A DNA stretch of 64,000 nucleotides, from assembly GCA_038891095.1 (NCBI GenBank), contig JAWAEV010000001.1, positions 164,468 to 228,467 of the forward strand, written 5' to 3'. Positions 1-9,258 of this stretch are shown here, one piece after another. How positions within the stretch are numbered: the stretch's first letter is position 1; every line of letters starts with the position of its first letter. The position numbers and the translations under genes are program-made. The notes under the pieces are model-generated. The model was not told the origin of the DNA. It did not search any database and saw only the letters and a list, made by a program, of their open reading frames with translations. The stretch is from Candidatus Altiarchaeota archaeon (GTDB taxonomy: Archaea > Altiarchaeota > Altiarchaeia > IMC4 > QMZM01).

Positions 1-558
1 ATGGAATTGTACTATTGGAAAAATAAAAAGAAGGATTTAATACTTCTCATTGGTGATTTCCAAGGCATAACTCCAAGATCTCAATATTTATTATCTGACA
101 AAATAATTGAAATTTGTAAAGAATTTGACCTTGAGAAAATTTTTACATTAGGCGGATTAGGCACAGGAAACATGGTTAAAACCCCAAGAGTTTTTGGAGC
201 AGCAACAAACAAAAAATTAGTTGATGATCTAAAGAAGTATGGTGTTGTTTTCAGAGGCGGTGGTGCTATTTTTGGTGCAGCAGGTTTACTTATTGGCTTG
301 GGTATGCAAAAAGGCTATGAAGGCATATGCTTAATGGGTGAAACTCATGGTCAAATAATTGATGCGAAGGCAGCAGAAGCAGTTCTTAATGTTTTGACAA
401 AAATTTTAGATATTAAAATTGATATGACAAAACTCGCTAACAAGGCAAAAGAAACTGAAGAGCAAATAGATAAACTGCAAAGGATGATATCTGAGGAAGA
501 AACCGCAGAAAAAATCAATGAAAAATTCATGAGAGAGACACCGACATATATAAGGTAA
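1..558 (+). CDS. PAC2-family proteasome assembly chaperone (probably 5'-truncated by the window edge)
   Basis: GDFQG, TLGG, GAAGLL, CLMGET and DAKAA motifs of archaeal PAC2 proteins; shorter than typical. Confidence 0.85.
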   Translation: MELYYWKNKKKDLILLIGDFQGITPRSQYLLSDKIIEICKEFDLEKIFTLGGLGTGNMVKTPRVFGAATNKKLVDDLKKYGVVFRGGGAIFGAAGLLIGLGMQKGYEGICLMGETHGQIIDAKAAEAVLNVLTKILDIKIDMTKLANKAKETEEQIDKLQRMISEEETAEKINEKFMRETPTYIR

Positions 559-562
559 TAAA

Positions 563-1786
563 ATGCAATTTAACATTGATTTTCATATTCATTCAAAGTA
601 CTCTGGAGCTTCTTCAGTTGATATGGAACTGCCTGTAATAGCAAAACAGGCGGAAATTAAAGGCTTAGATGTTGTTGCCACTGGCGATTCATTAAATCCT
701 AAATGGCTTAATCACATAAAGGAGAATTTACATGAAGAACACGAAGGTATTTATGGAATAAAAAATTCAAAGACAAAGTTTCTCATAACAACGGAGGTTG
801 AAGATTCAAAGAGAGTTCACCATATTATTCTCTTTCCTGAAGTTAGCTCAGCAGAAGCTTTATTTGAAAAATTAAAAAGACATTCAATTGATATTGAAAA
901 AGATGGCAGGCCACACTTGAAAGTTGATGCTATTGAGTTGGTTGATCTCGTTAGAGAAGTTTCAGCACTCATAGGACCAGCGCATGCATTCACACCATGG
1001 ACAGCGATTTACAAAGAATATAACTCATTGCAAGAATGCTACAAAGATAATTCAAGGGAAATTAAATTTTTAGAGTTAGGACTTTCTGCTGATACTTATC
1101 TTGCTGATAGAATTCCCGAGCTACAAGAAGTTACATTCATGTCAAATTCAGATACACACTCGCCTTGGCCTCACCGCTTAGGGAGAGAATTCAATAGAAT
1201 TGAAATTCCTGAATTAAAATTTTCAGAGATAAAAAAGGCCATATGTCATGAACAAGGTAGAAAATTTTCTTTGAATGTAGGTCTTAACCCGAAGGAAGGA
1301 AAATATCATTTGACTGCTTGCACAAAATGTTTTTTAAGATTTAAAATAGAGGATGCAAAAAATTTAAAATTCAAATGCCCTGAATGTAATGGAACAATAA
1401 AAAAAGGTGTTCTTGATAGAATAGAGGAATTAGCAAAGTTTAAAGAGCCAAAACATCCATGGCATAGACCTAAATATTTACACATAATTCCTTTAGCTGA
1501 AGTGATAGCATTAGCCCTTAACATAAGAGCTCTGCCAAATAAGAAAGTTAACGAACATTATAATGGCCTTGTAAAAAAATTTGGCACAGAGATAAATGTT
1601 TTAATAGACGCCAATATTGAAGATATAGAAAAATTTAACAAAGAAATTGCAAGTATAATAGAAAAATTTCGCAATGGGAAAATTCTTTACATTCCTGGTG
1701 GTGGTGGCCAGTATGGTAGACCTACATTAAAAGAAGAAAAACCAATGTTTTGGAACTATGGGCAGAAAAAATTACAAGATTATTAA
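563..1786 (+). CDS. TIGR00375-family PHP + Zn-finger protein (endonuclease Q-like)
   Basis: DFHIHSKYS, PAHAFTPW, ELGLSAD, NSDTHS, GKYH..C..C...CP.C and GGGGQYG motifs. Confidence 0.85.
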   Translation: MQFNIDFHIHSKYSGASSVDMELPVIAKQAEIKGLDVVATGDSLNPKWLNHIKENLHEEHEGIYGIKNSKTKFLITTEVEDSKRVHHIILFPEVSSAEALFEKLKRHSIDIEKDGRPHLKVDAIELVDLVREVSALIGPAHAFTPWTAIYKEYNSLQECYKDNSREIKFLELGLSADTYLADRIPELQEVTFMSNSDTHSPWPHRLGREFNRIEIPELKFSEIKKAICHEQGRKFSLNVGLNPKEGKYHLTACTKCFLRFKIEDAKNLKFKCPECNGTIKKGVLDRIEELAKFKEPKHPWHRPKYLHIIPLAEVIALALNIRALPNKKVNEHYNGLVKKFGTEINVLIDANIEDIEKFNKEIASIIEKFRNGKILYIPGGGGQYGRPTLKEEKPMFWNYGQKKLQDY

Positions 1787-2460
1787 AAATCTGCAATCTT
1801 TTTCTGTTTTTTTGCCTCAATTTCTCTTGTTATAGTCCTCCAAGACTTTCTTAAGTAGCATGGCAACTTCTCCTCAGAGAAAATTTTCTCAAGAAATTTT
1901 TTAGTTTTCTCATCTGAGGGATATCCTGAACCACAATCTATGCTAAATTTTTCTTTCAAATTTTCAATTTCCCTATCGCGCTCAACTTTTGCAAGTATTG
2001 ACGCAGCAGAAACTTCAATATAACGAGCATCTGCCTTGTTCTCAGAAATAATTTCAGGAATTTTTCCATTCTCAAAGTAATGTGAGGTTATATAACTTTT
2101 AACTTTCTCTCTAAAATTTTCCTCTATACTATCAGGTGAATCTAAAATTACTCTATCAGGTTTTGATTTTAATGAAAGTATTAACTCAGCTATGTGCACT
2201 GCTTCAACTAAATTCAATGAAAATTTTTTCCTTAATTTGTCAATATCCTGAGGGTAGATCTTCACTAAGTTAAACTCGATTGCAATTTCTTTAATTTTCT
2301 TTTCAAGCTCTTCTCTTTTTTTCTTTGAAAGTTTTTTTGAATCTCTAACATTAATTTTTCGCAGTTCTTCTCTACCTTTTTTATCAAAAACTGCAGCTGC
2401 GATAACCATTGGTCCAACAACAGGACCACGCCCAGCTTCATCAATGCCACATATTTTCAA
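1783..2460 (-). CDS. rnhB: Ribonuclease HII
   Basis: GIDEAGRGPVVGP, DSKKL, SAASILAKV.RD and GSGYPSD motifs. Confidence 0.97.
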   Translation of the reverse strand: MKICGIDEAGRGPVVGPMVIAAAVFDKKGREELRKINVRDSKKLSKKKREELEKKIKEIAIEFNLVKIYPQDIDKLRKKFSLNLVEAVHIAELILSLKSKPDRVILDSPDSIEENFREKVKSYITSHYFENGKIPEIISENKADARYIEVSAASILAKVERDREIENLKEKFSIDCGSGYPSDEKTKKFLEKIFSEEKLPCYLRKSWRTITREIEAKKQKKIADF

Positions 2461-2466
2461 TTTAAT

Positions 2467-3930
2467 TCAATAAAATTTCAAAGTTCTTTCTCTGAGCCAT
2501 TTAATATCAGAAATGTAGATATCACGAATATCCTCCATATTCAATGAAAGCATGATAAGTCTTTCTAAACCTAACCCCCATGCTAAAACTGGGCAGTCAA
2601 AACCAAGCAATGCATTAACCATTTCAGGCCTGAAAATTCCAGCACCTCCAAGTTCAATCCACTCTTTTTTATTTTCAAGGTAAATCTCACATTCTAAACT
2701 TGGTTCTGTGTAAGGAAAGTATCCTGGCCTAAATCTAACCTTAAATCCAAGCTCATCATAAAATCTCTTTAGTATTCCTAAAAGATTTCTGAAATTTGCA
2801 TTTTCGTCAACTATAATGCCATCAACTTGATAAAATTCTGGCAAATGCTTATAATCCAAAGCTTCATTTCTGAAAGTTTTACCTATGCAGAAAACCTTTT
2901 TTGGTAGATCCTCCCTTCTCAAAGTTGACAGATAATGGGCAGTAACTGAAGTTGTGTGTGTTCTGAGTAAAGTCTTCTTTGCAATTTCCTCATTCCAAGA
3001 ATATTTCCAGCTTTTTTCATGGGCGTCTCTTACAGCATTCTTCAATTTATCCCAAAAATCTATCTTAATTTCCTTTGGTGTTTTTAGATAGAATGTATCT
3101 TGCATCTCCCTTGCAGGATGATCCTGCGGTTGAAATAACGCGTCAAAATTCCAGAACGCACTCTCAACCAGGCTCCCAGAAATTTCATTAAAGCCAAGAG
3201 TTATAAAAATTTCTCTGATTTTTTCTATCATCAAAGTTAATGGATGTTTTTTTGCAGGATATTCTGGAAAAACAAAAATATTTACATCATATTCGCGAAA
3301 TTTTTCACCTTTCCATCTACCTGTTTTTAGTAATTCAGGGGTTAATTGCGAAATTCCAAATGAAAACTCTTTCTCTGAAAGTTCAAGTCCTTTTTTTGTC
3401 GGTATTGCATAGAGAATTCTTCTTTCAGAAATTTTTATAATATCCTGTCTTTTCTTTAGAAATTCAACAGCTTGCTTAAGCTCATCATTAAGCTCTTCAA
3501 ATTTCAGGATTTTTTTCTTTTCAAGTAATTCTAAAAGTTTTTCATCTGATGTTTTCTCACTACTTATGATCTTAATAATTCCATTTTCTATTTTCGCAAG
3601 ATTTTTTCTCTTTAGCCAAGAAATTCCTATAGAGGTAATTTCTTTGCCAAATTTCTTTTCAACTTCAGATATTTTCTTATTATTTTTAACAAACTCAATA
3701 ATCTGTCTCTCTGGCAAGCCTTTTTTAAGGTAAATTTTTCCTTCATCTGCAATTGAGATTTCCTTTTGAATCTTTTCTTCTAATTGCACTAAATCCTTTG
3801 AGAATAACCATGATAAAGCGCGCATTACAGCATCCACTGGAATTTCTGCTCTTTCTGAAATTTCTTTTGGTGTTAGCCTTCCTTTCAAAACAGAAAGGAT
3901 TTTTATTTCATGAGGATGCAAATTTTCCAT
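2467..3930 (-). CDS. pheS: Phenylalanine-tRNA ligase alpha subunit (archaeal type)
   Basis: WNFDALFQPQDHPAREMQDTF, LRTHTT, YFPYTEPS and WGLGLERL motifs. Confidence 0.97.
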   Translation of the reverse strand: MENLHPHEIKILSVLKGRLTPKEISERAEIPVDAVMRALSWLFSKDLVQLEEKIQKEISIADEGKIYLKKGLPERQIIEFVKNNKKISEVEKKFGKEITSIGISWLKRKNLAKIENGIIKIISSEKTSDEKLLELLEKKKILKFEELNDELKQAVEFLKKRQDIIKISERRILYAIPTKKGLELSEKEFSFGISQLTPELLKTGRWKGEKFREYDVNIFVFPEYPAKKHPLTLMIEKIREIFITLGFNEISGSLVESAFWNFDALFQPQDHPAREMQDTFYLKTPKEIKIDFWDKLKNAVRDAHEKSWKYSWNEEIAKKTLLRTHTTSVTAHYLSTLRREDLPKKVFCIGKTFRNEALDYKHLPEFYQVDGIIVDENANFRNLLGILKRFYDELGFKVRFRPGYFPYTEPSLECEIYLENKKEWIELGGAGIFRPEMVNALLGFDCPVLAWGLGLERLIMLSLNMEDIRDIYISDIKWLRERTLKFY

Positions 3931-3970
3931 TTTGGATATAAAAATCTATGAATTTAAAGATATAAACAAT

Positions 3971-4582
3971 ATGAATGTGAACGAAGTTAAATTTTACAAA
4001 ATTAAAAATGAAATAAGAATTTTAGGCATAGACGATGCTCCATTTAACTTTAGAGAAAAGAAAACTATGTTAATAGGCACAATTTTTCGTGGTGGTAGTT
4101 GGCTTGATGGTATTTTGAAAACTGAAATTGAAGTAGATGGTATAAACGCAACAAAAAAAATTATCTCTATGGTAAAAAAAACAAAGCACAAAGATCTGAG
4201 AGTTATAATGCTTGATGGTTTAACTTTTGCTGGTTTTAACATTGTTGACATTGAAGAGATTTTCAAAAAAACAAAATTGCCAGTAATTGTCATAATAAGG
4301 AAAATGCCCGATTTTAAAAAGATAAAAATAGCGTTAAAAAAAATGAACGATAAGGAGAATTATTTTTTCAGGCTAAAATGCATTGAAAAGGCATCTATCC
4401 CAAGAAAAATTGAAATTCGTAAAGGAAAAAATATCTATATCCAATATTATGGAATAAATTTTTCTGATGCTAAAAAAATTGTCAGGTTATCAGCAACAAG
4501 AAGTTTAATTCCTGAGCCGTTAAGAGTTGCACATTTAATTGCAACTGGTATTTCCTTAGGTGAATCAAGAGGTAGAGCCTAA
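3971..4582 (+). CDS. DUF99-family protein (EndoV-like fold, putative endonuclease dU); start uncertain
   Basis: RILGIDD, MLDGLTFAGFNIVD and PEPLRVAHLIA motifs. Confidence 0.85.
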   Translation: MNVNEVKFYKIKNEIRILGIDDAPFNFREKKTMLIGTIFRGGSWLDGILKTEIEVDGINATKKIISMVKKTKHKDLRVIMLDGLTFAGFNIVDIEEIFKKTKLPVIVIIRKMPDFKKIKIALKKMNDKENYFFRLKCIEKASIPRKIEIRKGKNIYIQYYGINFSDAKKIVRLSATRSLIPEPLRVAHLIATGISLGESRGRA

Positions 4583-5286
4583 CTAAACTTTTTCTTTATA
4601 ATAAAACTCAAAACAAAGAGGATTATAGAAAATGCTATTAATAAAATTCCAAAGTCATTTACAGGTTGAAAAATATCGCTTAGAATTTTCATGAACATAT
4701 CGGAACTAATTGGGAGATTTTTTAAATTCTCAGTTATCTGAAATTTCTCAGATAACATTGAAAAAACCATTGGTTTTAAAATTAATGCTGAACTCCCAGT
4801 GATAAAAAAGGCAATTCCGATTTTTAGAAGAATTTTTTCAATTTTCCTTGAGATATAAACAAGGATTAAAGCAAAGAGAATTGCTCCAAAAATTGAAGCA
4901 TAAAAAAGTGTATTGACAAAGCCAACAGATTTTCTTAACTCAAATGCTGCCTTTTCAATTTCAGCCCTCTTCTCTAAATCTAAATTTTCCAAAATATCTT
5001 GTTCTTTGCCGTTATAATAAATTTTTAGTGATAATTCAGAAGTTTGTGAGTTTATATAAGATAAAAAATTCTTTATAATTAAGTACAGGACTTCTTTCTC
5101 TTCAGAAGTTTTAAAAAAATTACTCTCATCTAATTCCTTAATATAAAATTCAGGATTTAATACTGTTGACCTGATAGCATTCAAAAAAATAATTGTCTGT
5201 AAATTTAAGATAAGCAGTAGAGAAACAAAAGCTATTAAAATGCCATTCAAAATTTTTTTTATTTCCATTTTATTCAACAAATTCAA
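4579..5286 (-). CDS. Hypothetical membrane protein (about 4 TM helices)
   Basis: Long ORF with hydrophobic segments, overlapping the upstream gene. Confidence 0.6.
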   Translation of the reverse strand: MNLLNKMEIKKILNGILIAFVSLLLILNLQTIIFLNAIRSTVLNPEFYIKELDESNFFKTSEEKEVLYLIIKNFLSYINSQTSELSLKIYYNGKEQDILENLDLEKRAEIEKAAFELRKSVGFVNTLFYASIFGAILFALILVYISRKIEKILLKIGIAFFITGSSALILKPMVFSMLSEKFQITENLKNLPISSDMFMKILSDIFQPVNDFGILLIAFSIILFVLSFIIKKKFS

Positions 5287-5524
5287 ATTCCAAATTCAAT
5301 TTTTTTGCAGCATTTTGCAAAAAATTTTTTAATGTATCAATATTATCTTTTGCGACTAATACATTATTAAAATAGTGGAATTTATATTTCTTTTGCTCTT
5401 CAATTTCAGTTACTTGAAAAATTGCTATTATATAAGCAGGATGTGGGAATTCAACCCTTGCATTTGGACCATATTCACCTTTTCTAATACCGAATTTTAC
5501 TTTAACTTTTCTAAGCATTTTCAA
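5270..5524 (-). CDS. Hypothetical protein (84 aa)
   Basis: Overlaps both neighbours on the same strand, as in an operon. Confidence 0.55.
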   Translation of the reverse strand: MKMLRKVKVKFGIRKGEYGPNARVEFPHPAYIIAIFQVTEIEEQKKYKFHYFNNVLVAKDNIDTLKNFLQNAAKKLNLEFEFVE

Positions 5525-6734
5525 GAAAAATTTTCATGAAGTTTTTGGCTTTAATTAAGCCGTATTTTTTTGCTGTTCTTTCACAATATTTCTCAATATT
5601 ATTTTTCACCTTTTTTTTGCTTGAATAAATTAAGAATGGTACTGGGTCTAATGTATGTTTTCTTAGCTCAGTTGAAGTTGTATGATCTGCTAAAACAGCA
5701 ATTTTGAAATTTTTAAATTTTATCTTATTTAGTATTCTGCCAATAACTCTTTTGTCTATAAATTCAATTGCCTTTATTTTACCTTTGAAATCTCCATTAT
5801 GACTTAGATCATCTGGCGCTTTTAAATGCAAATAAACAAAGCCCTTTCTTTTCAATTCTTTTAATGCAAAATCTGCCTTTCCTTCATAATTCGTATCTAA
5901 GGAAGCATTTGCCCTTGGAACAGTCGGAACTGAAAGTTTTATTGCTTTAGCAATTCCTTTTAGCAAAGGAACAGAAGAAATTAATGCTCCATTAATTTTA
6001 AATTTTTCTTCAAAACTTGGCATTCTCCTGTATTTTCCAATACCCCAAAACCATACCATATTTGCTTTTAGCTTACCTTCTTTAACTCTTTTTTTATTTA
6101 TCCAGTGTTCTGATAAAATTTTTTCTGATTTTAAAGTTAATTCCCTTAGAATTTTTTCAGTTTTTTTTGCACTCTTGGTAAGAGCTTTTGGTAGATAATC
6201 ATCCACTTTTTTATTAATAATTTCATGTGGTGGCCAGCACTTTACTTTTTCTGAGTATTTCTTTCTTAGGATAAGGACGCCTCTATAGCCCTCACCTTGA
6301 TAAAATTTTAATTTTTCATTGCTAAAATTTTTGTTTAGAGCATCTATTAAAATTTTTCCCTCTTTTGTGCTTATATTTCCAGCGGAGTAATGCACTAAAA
6401 TTCCATTCTCAACATTGACAAAATTCGTTCTTATAACAATTTCTCCATTTTTAAGCTTTAAATCGATAGCGTGAGCTTCTAAAGGTCCTCTACCATTAGG
6501 AAAATACTTCTTGGGAGAGTAACCTAAAATTGATAAATTTGCAATTTCGCTAGTTTTAGGCATATTCCCACTGAGAGTTTTCAATAACCCAACTCTTCCA
6601 TTACTTGCTAAAAAATCCATATTTGGAGTTGAAGCAACTTCAAGAGGGGTTTTATAATTTAACTCCTTCAGAGGAAGATCAGCCATGCCATCAGCAACAA
6701 TAACAATATACTTCATTTTAATACTTTTCGCCAT
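5511..6734 (-). CDS. apgM: Cofactor-independent phosphoglycerate mutase (ApgM family)
   Basis: DGMAD, TPLEVA.TPNMD, GRGPLEA, D..SH.GD, ADHTT and HT.DPVP motifs. Confidence 0.9.
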   Translation of the reverse strand: MAKSIKMKYIVIVADGMADLPLKELNYKTPLEVASTPNMDFLASNGRVGLLKTLSGNMPKTSEIANLSILGYSPKKYFPNGRGPLEAHAIDLKLKNGEIVIRTNFVNVENGILVHYSAGNISTKEGKILIDALNKNFSNEKLKFYQGEGYRGVLILRKKYSEKVKCWPPHEIINKKVDDYLPKALTKSAKKTEKILRELTLKSEKILSEHWINKKRVKEGKLKANMVWFWGIGKYRRMPSFEEKFKINGALISSVPLLKGIAKAIKLSVPTVPRANASLDTNYEGKADFALKELKRKGFVYLHLKAPDDLSHNGDFKGKIKAIEFIDKRVIGRILNKIKFKNFKIAVLADHTTSTELRKHTLDPVPFLIYSSKKKVKNNIEKYCERTAKKYGLIKAKNFMKIFLENA

Positions 6735-6748
6735 TTAATTATTATATT

Positions 6749-7240
6749 ATGGTAAATTTAACAAATTTTAGCTCAGAAAATTTTAAGATAAGAGATTTTC
6801 GCATTTCTGATGCCAACGAAATTTTTCAGATACATAAGGAGAATGAAAAATTTTTTGAGGACTTTTCATTTTCAGAAGAATTTATAATTGATATTTCTCA
6901 AAGAAGCGACTTCAAATTTTTTGTTTGCGAATATAACAAAGATAGAAAAATTCTTGGCTTTTCAGGAGTTCTTTTCAATCAAAATACCGGGAGAGCAGAA
7001 ATTGGTCCAATAGCGGTAAGGAGAGAATTTCAAGGGATGAAAATTGGAAGTGAACTTTTAGAGCAAACACTAAAATTTTTAATTGAAATTGGTATTAGAA
7101 GATCAACTGCAAGAATAAAAGTAAAAAATACTAATGCCATAAAATTCTTTGAAAAATTTGGTTTCTCTATTGAAGGTTATTTCAAAGAATACACAAAAAA
7201 AGGTGAAGATATTGTTCAAGTTGTTAAATTTCTATATTAA
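6749..7240 (+). CDS. GNAT-family acetyltransferase
   Basis: IAV..EFQG.KIG acetyl-CoA motif; N..AIKFFEKFGF. Confidence 0.9.
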   Translation: MVNLTNFSSENFKIRDFRISDANEIFQIHKENEKFFEDFSFSEEFIIDISQRSDFKFFVCEYNKDRKILGFSGVLFNQNTGRAEIGPIAVRREFQGMKIGSELLEQTLKFLIEIGIRRSTARIKVKNTNAIKFFEKFGFSIEGYFKEYTKKGEDIVQVVKFLY

Positions 7241-7306
7241 AATTGCTTTTTATTAACTTTAATATAAAGTATTATATTTATAAAATTTTGAAAAGGAAAA
7301 GTAAAA

Positions 7307-9175
7307 ATGTTAAGTAAAAAATCTGTTGTTTTTGGATTGATAATAGTATTTTTGGTTTTTTCTTTTATAGATTTAGTTTTAGCAATACCAAGTGTGAGTG
7401 ATGAATTCAACTTGAAAGTAATTCCAGAACAGCCAAAACCATATGAAACTATAACGCTTAAGATAACAAACAAAACAGGTGATACGATAAAGAGAATGAG
7501 AATCACAGTTTATAACCCAAAACATGAGACTGTTTTTAGTGGTTTTATTTCTGAGGGTATTCTAACATTAAGTTCTTTAGACACGAAAAGTGTAGGAGTG
7601 TATAAAATTGGTATTGAAGATTATGCCGGTTTTCTTAACTTTTCAGTGAAGAATGAGTTGTGGTATGCTGGTCCAAATCCTTCTATGCCGGTAGTAGGAG
7701 AAAAAATAACCTTAGGTGTTCCACAAGGAGTTGGAGTTAAAATTTATGACTCTAAAGGGGAATTATACCTTGCATGTAAGACCCTTTTAGATGTCTTAGG
7801 TAAAGGTGTTGTAGAATTTACAATTGATACACCGGGAATTTACGAATTGAGAATTGCAGAGATTAGCGTAGATTACTGGCAGAAAAATTTATCTCTAAGA
7901 GTTTACGAAAGGAAAAAATTTGATATTGAGATAACTCCTGAAAACCCTAAAATAGAGGAAATTCTAACAATAAAAATTAGCTCTGAAGCAAATGCCGTTG
8001 AAAATGCAGAAGTTGAGATCACTTACCCATCAGGAAAAATAGAAAAGAAGATTACTGAGAAAGAAGGTAAAGTAACTGCAGTTCCCACAGAAATTGGTGA
8101 ATACCTACTAAAAGTTAGAAAAGATAAATTTGAGACTGCTGAGAAGAGATTTTCAGCATATGATTCATTCAGAGTTAAAGTAATTCCTGAGGAGATTAGT
8201 ACTGAAGACATCATAACAATTAAAGTTAGAGACAACAAAAACAGACCAGTTACTGATGCAGAATTTTCAATAAGTAATTTAATAACAGAAACAACAGATA
8301 TTGATGGTGAGTTAAGATTTCAGATTTCTAATCCTGGTAATTATAAATTTAAAATTGAAAAATTTGGTTTTTGGACATTAGAAGATAGCTTAGTTGTTTT
8401 GCCGTTATCAACACTTAACTTACCAGAAGTGGTTGAAGTTGGAATGCCAATTAAAATAGAAACTCTCAATCTCGCTAAAGAAAAAATTTCATCAACAAAG
8501 ACGATACTTAAGCCAAGTGGTGTTTTTGAGAGTATAACCTCTGATGAATATGTGCCAAATGAGATTGGGACTTATTATGTTAATGCAAAAAATCCAAGTT
8601 ATAAATCTATAAATGGAAGTTTCAAAGTAATCTCAAGGCCAATAGATGTTAGAAATGAAATTTCTGGGAGGAATATTAGAATCTTTACAAGTAGCCATTC
8701 AGTGCCAGTGTCTGGGATTGTTATTTTTGTTGAAACACCAAAAGATGAAAAAACTTTTGTTACTAATGATAATGGTACTGTTGAATTTGAAGTAGAAGAG
8801 GGCGAATTTAAAATTTATGCAAATTTAAATAAGAGAAATTTGTTTTATGAAGAGAAGATAATTCATGGCTTTGTAAGAAAACAATATTCTTTAGTCGCAT
8901 TGTTAATACCGATTTTTGTGATAATTCTATTAGCAACAATCGCGATATTAAAGCCATGGAAGAAAGAAAAAGCTTTAATGAGACTCTTTATCCAAGAGAA
9001 AGAAGGTACTTCACTTGGAAGAGTTGGTAAATTTAAAGCAAAAGAAGAGAAGGTAAAAGGAACTACCAAAACAATTATAGAAAAAGAGCCAACAAAAGAA
9101 GAAAAGAGCAAAAAAGAAGAGCCAAAGAAAGAGGAAGTTAAAAGTGAAACCCAAACATCTCTTTCATCAGTATAA
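7307..9175 (+). CDS. Cell-surface protein with repeated Ig-like/carboxypeptidase-regulatory-like beta domains and C-terminal TM anchor
   Basis: N-terminal signal peptide, repeated T.TD..G...F...G.Y.I..K units, C-terminal TM followed by a Lys/Glu tail. Confidence 0.75.
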   Translation: MLSKKSVVFGLIIVFLVFSFIDLVLAIPSVSDEFNLKVIPEQPKPYETITLKITNKTGDTIKRMRITVYNPKHETVFSGFISEGILTLSSLDTKSVGVYKIGIEDYAGFLNFSVKNELWYAGPNPSMPVVGEKITLGVPQGVGVKIYDSKGELYLACKTLLDVLGKGVVEFTIDTPGIYELRIAEISVDYWQKNLSLRVYERKKFDIEITPENPKIEEILTIKISSEANAVENAEVEITYPSGKIEKKITEKEGKVTAVPTEIGEYLLKVRKDKFETAEKRFSAYDSFRVKVIPEEISTEDIITIKVRDNKNRPVTDAEFSISNLITETTDIDGELRFQISNPGNYKFKIEKFGFWTLEDSLVVLPLSTLNLPEVVEVGMPIKIETLNLAKEKISSTKTILKPSGVFESITSDEYVPNEIGTYYVNAKNPSYKSINGSFKVISRPIDVRNEISGRNIRIFTSSHSVPVSGIVIFVETPKDEKTFVTNDNGTVEFEVEEGEFKIYANLNKRNLFYEEKIIHGFVRKQYSLVALLIPIFVIILLATIAILKPWKKEKALMRLFIQEKEGTSLGRVGKFKAKEEKVKGTTKTIIEKEPTKEEKSKKEEPKKEEVKSETQTSLSSV

Positions 9176-9258
9176 AATTTTGCTATTTTTAACATCTGCT
9201 AACTAAATTATATTGTTATTTAGTTCCTAAAAAAATTTAGAAAATTGGAGGGGTTAAA

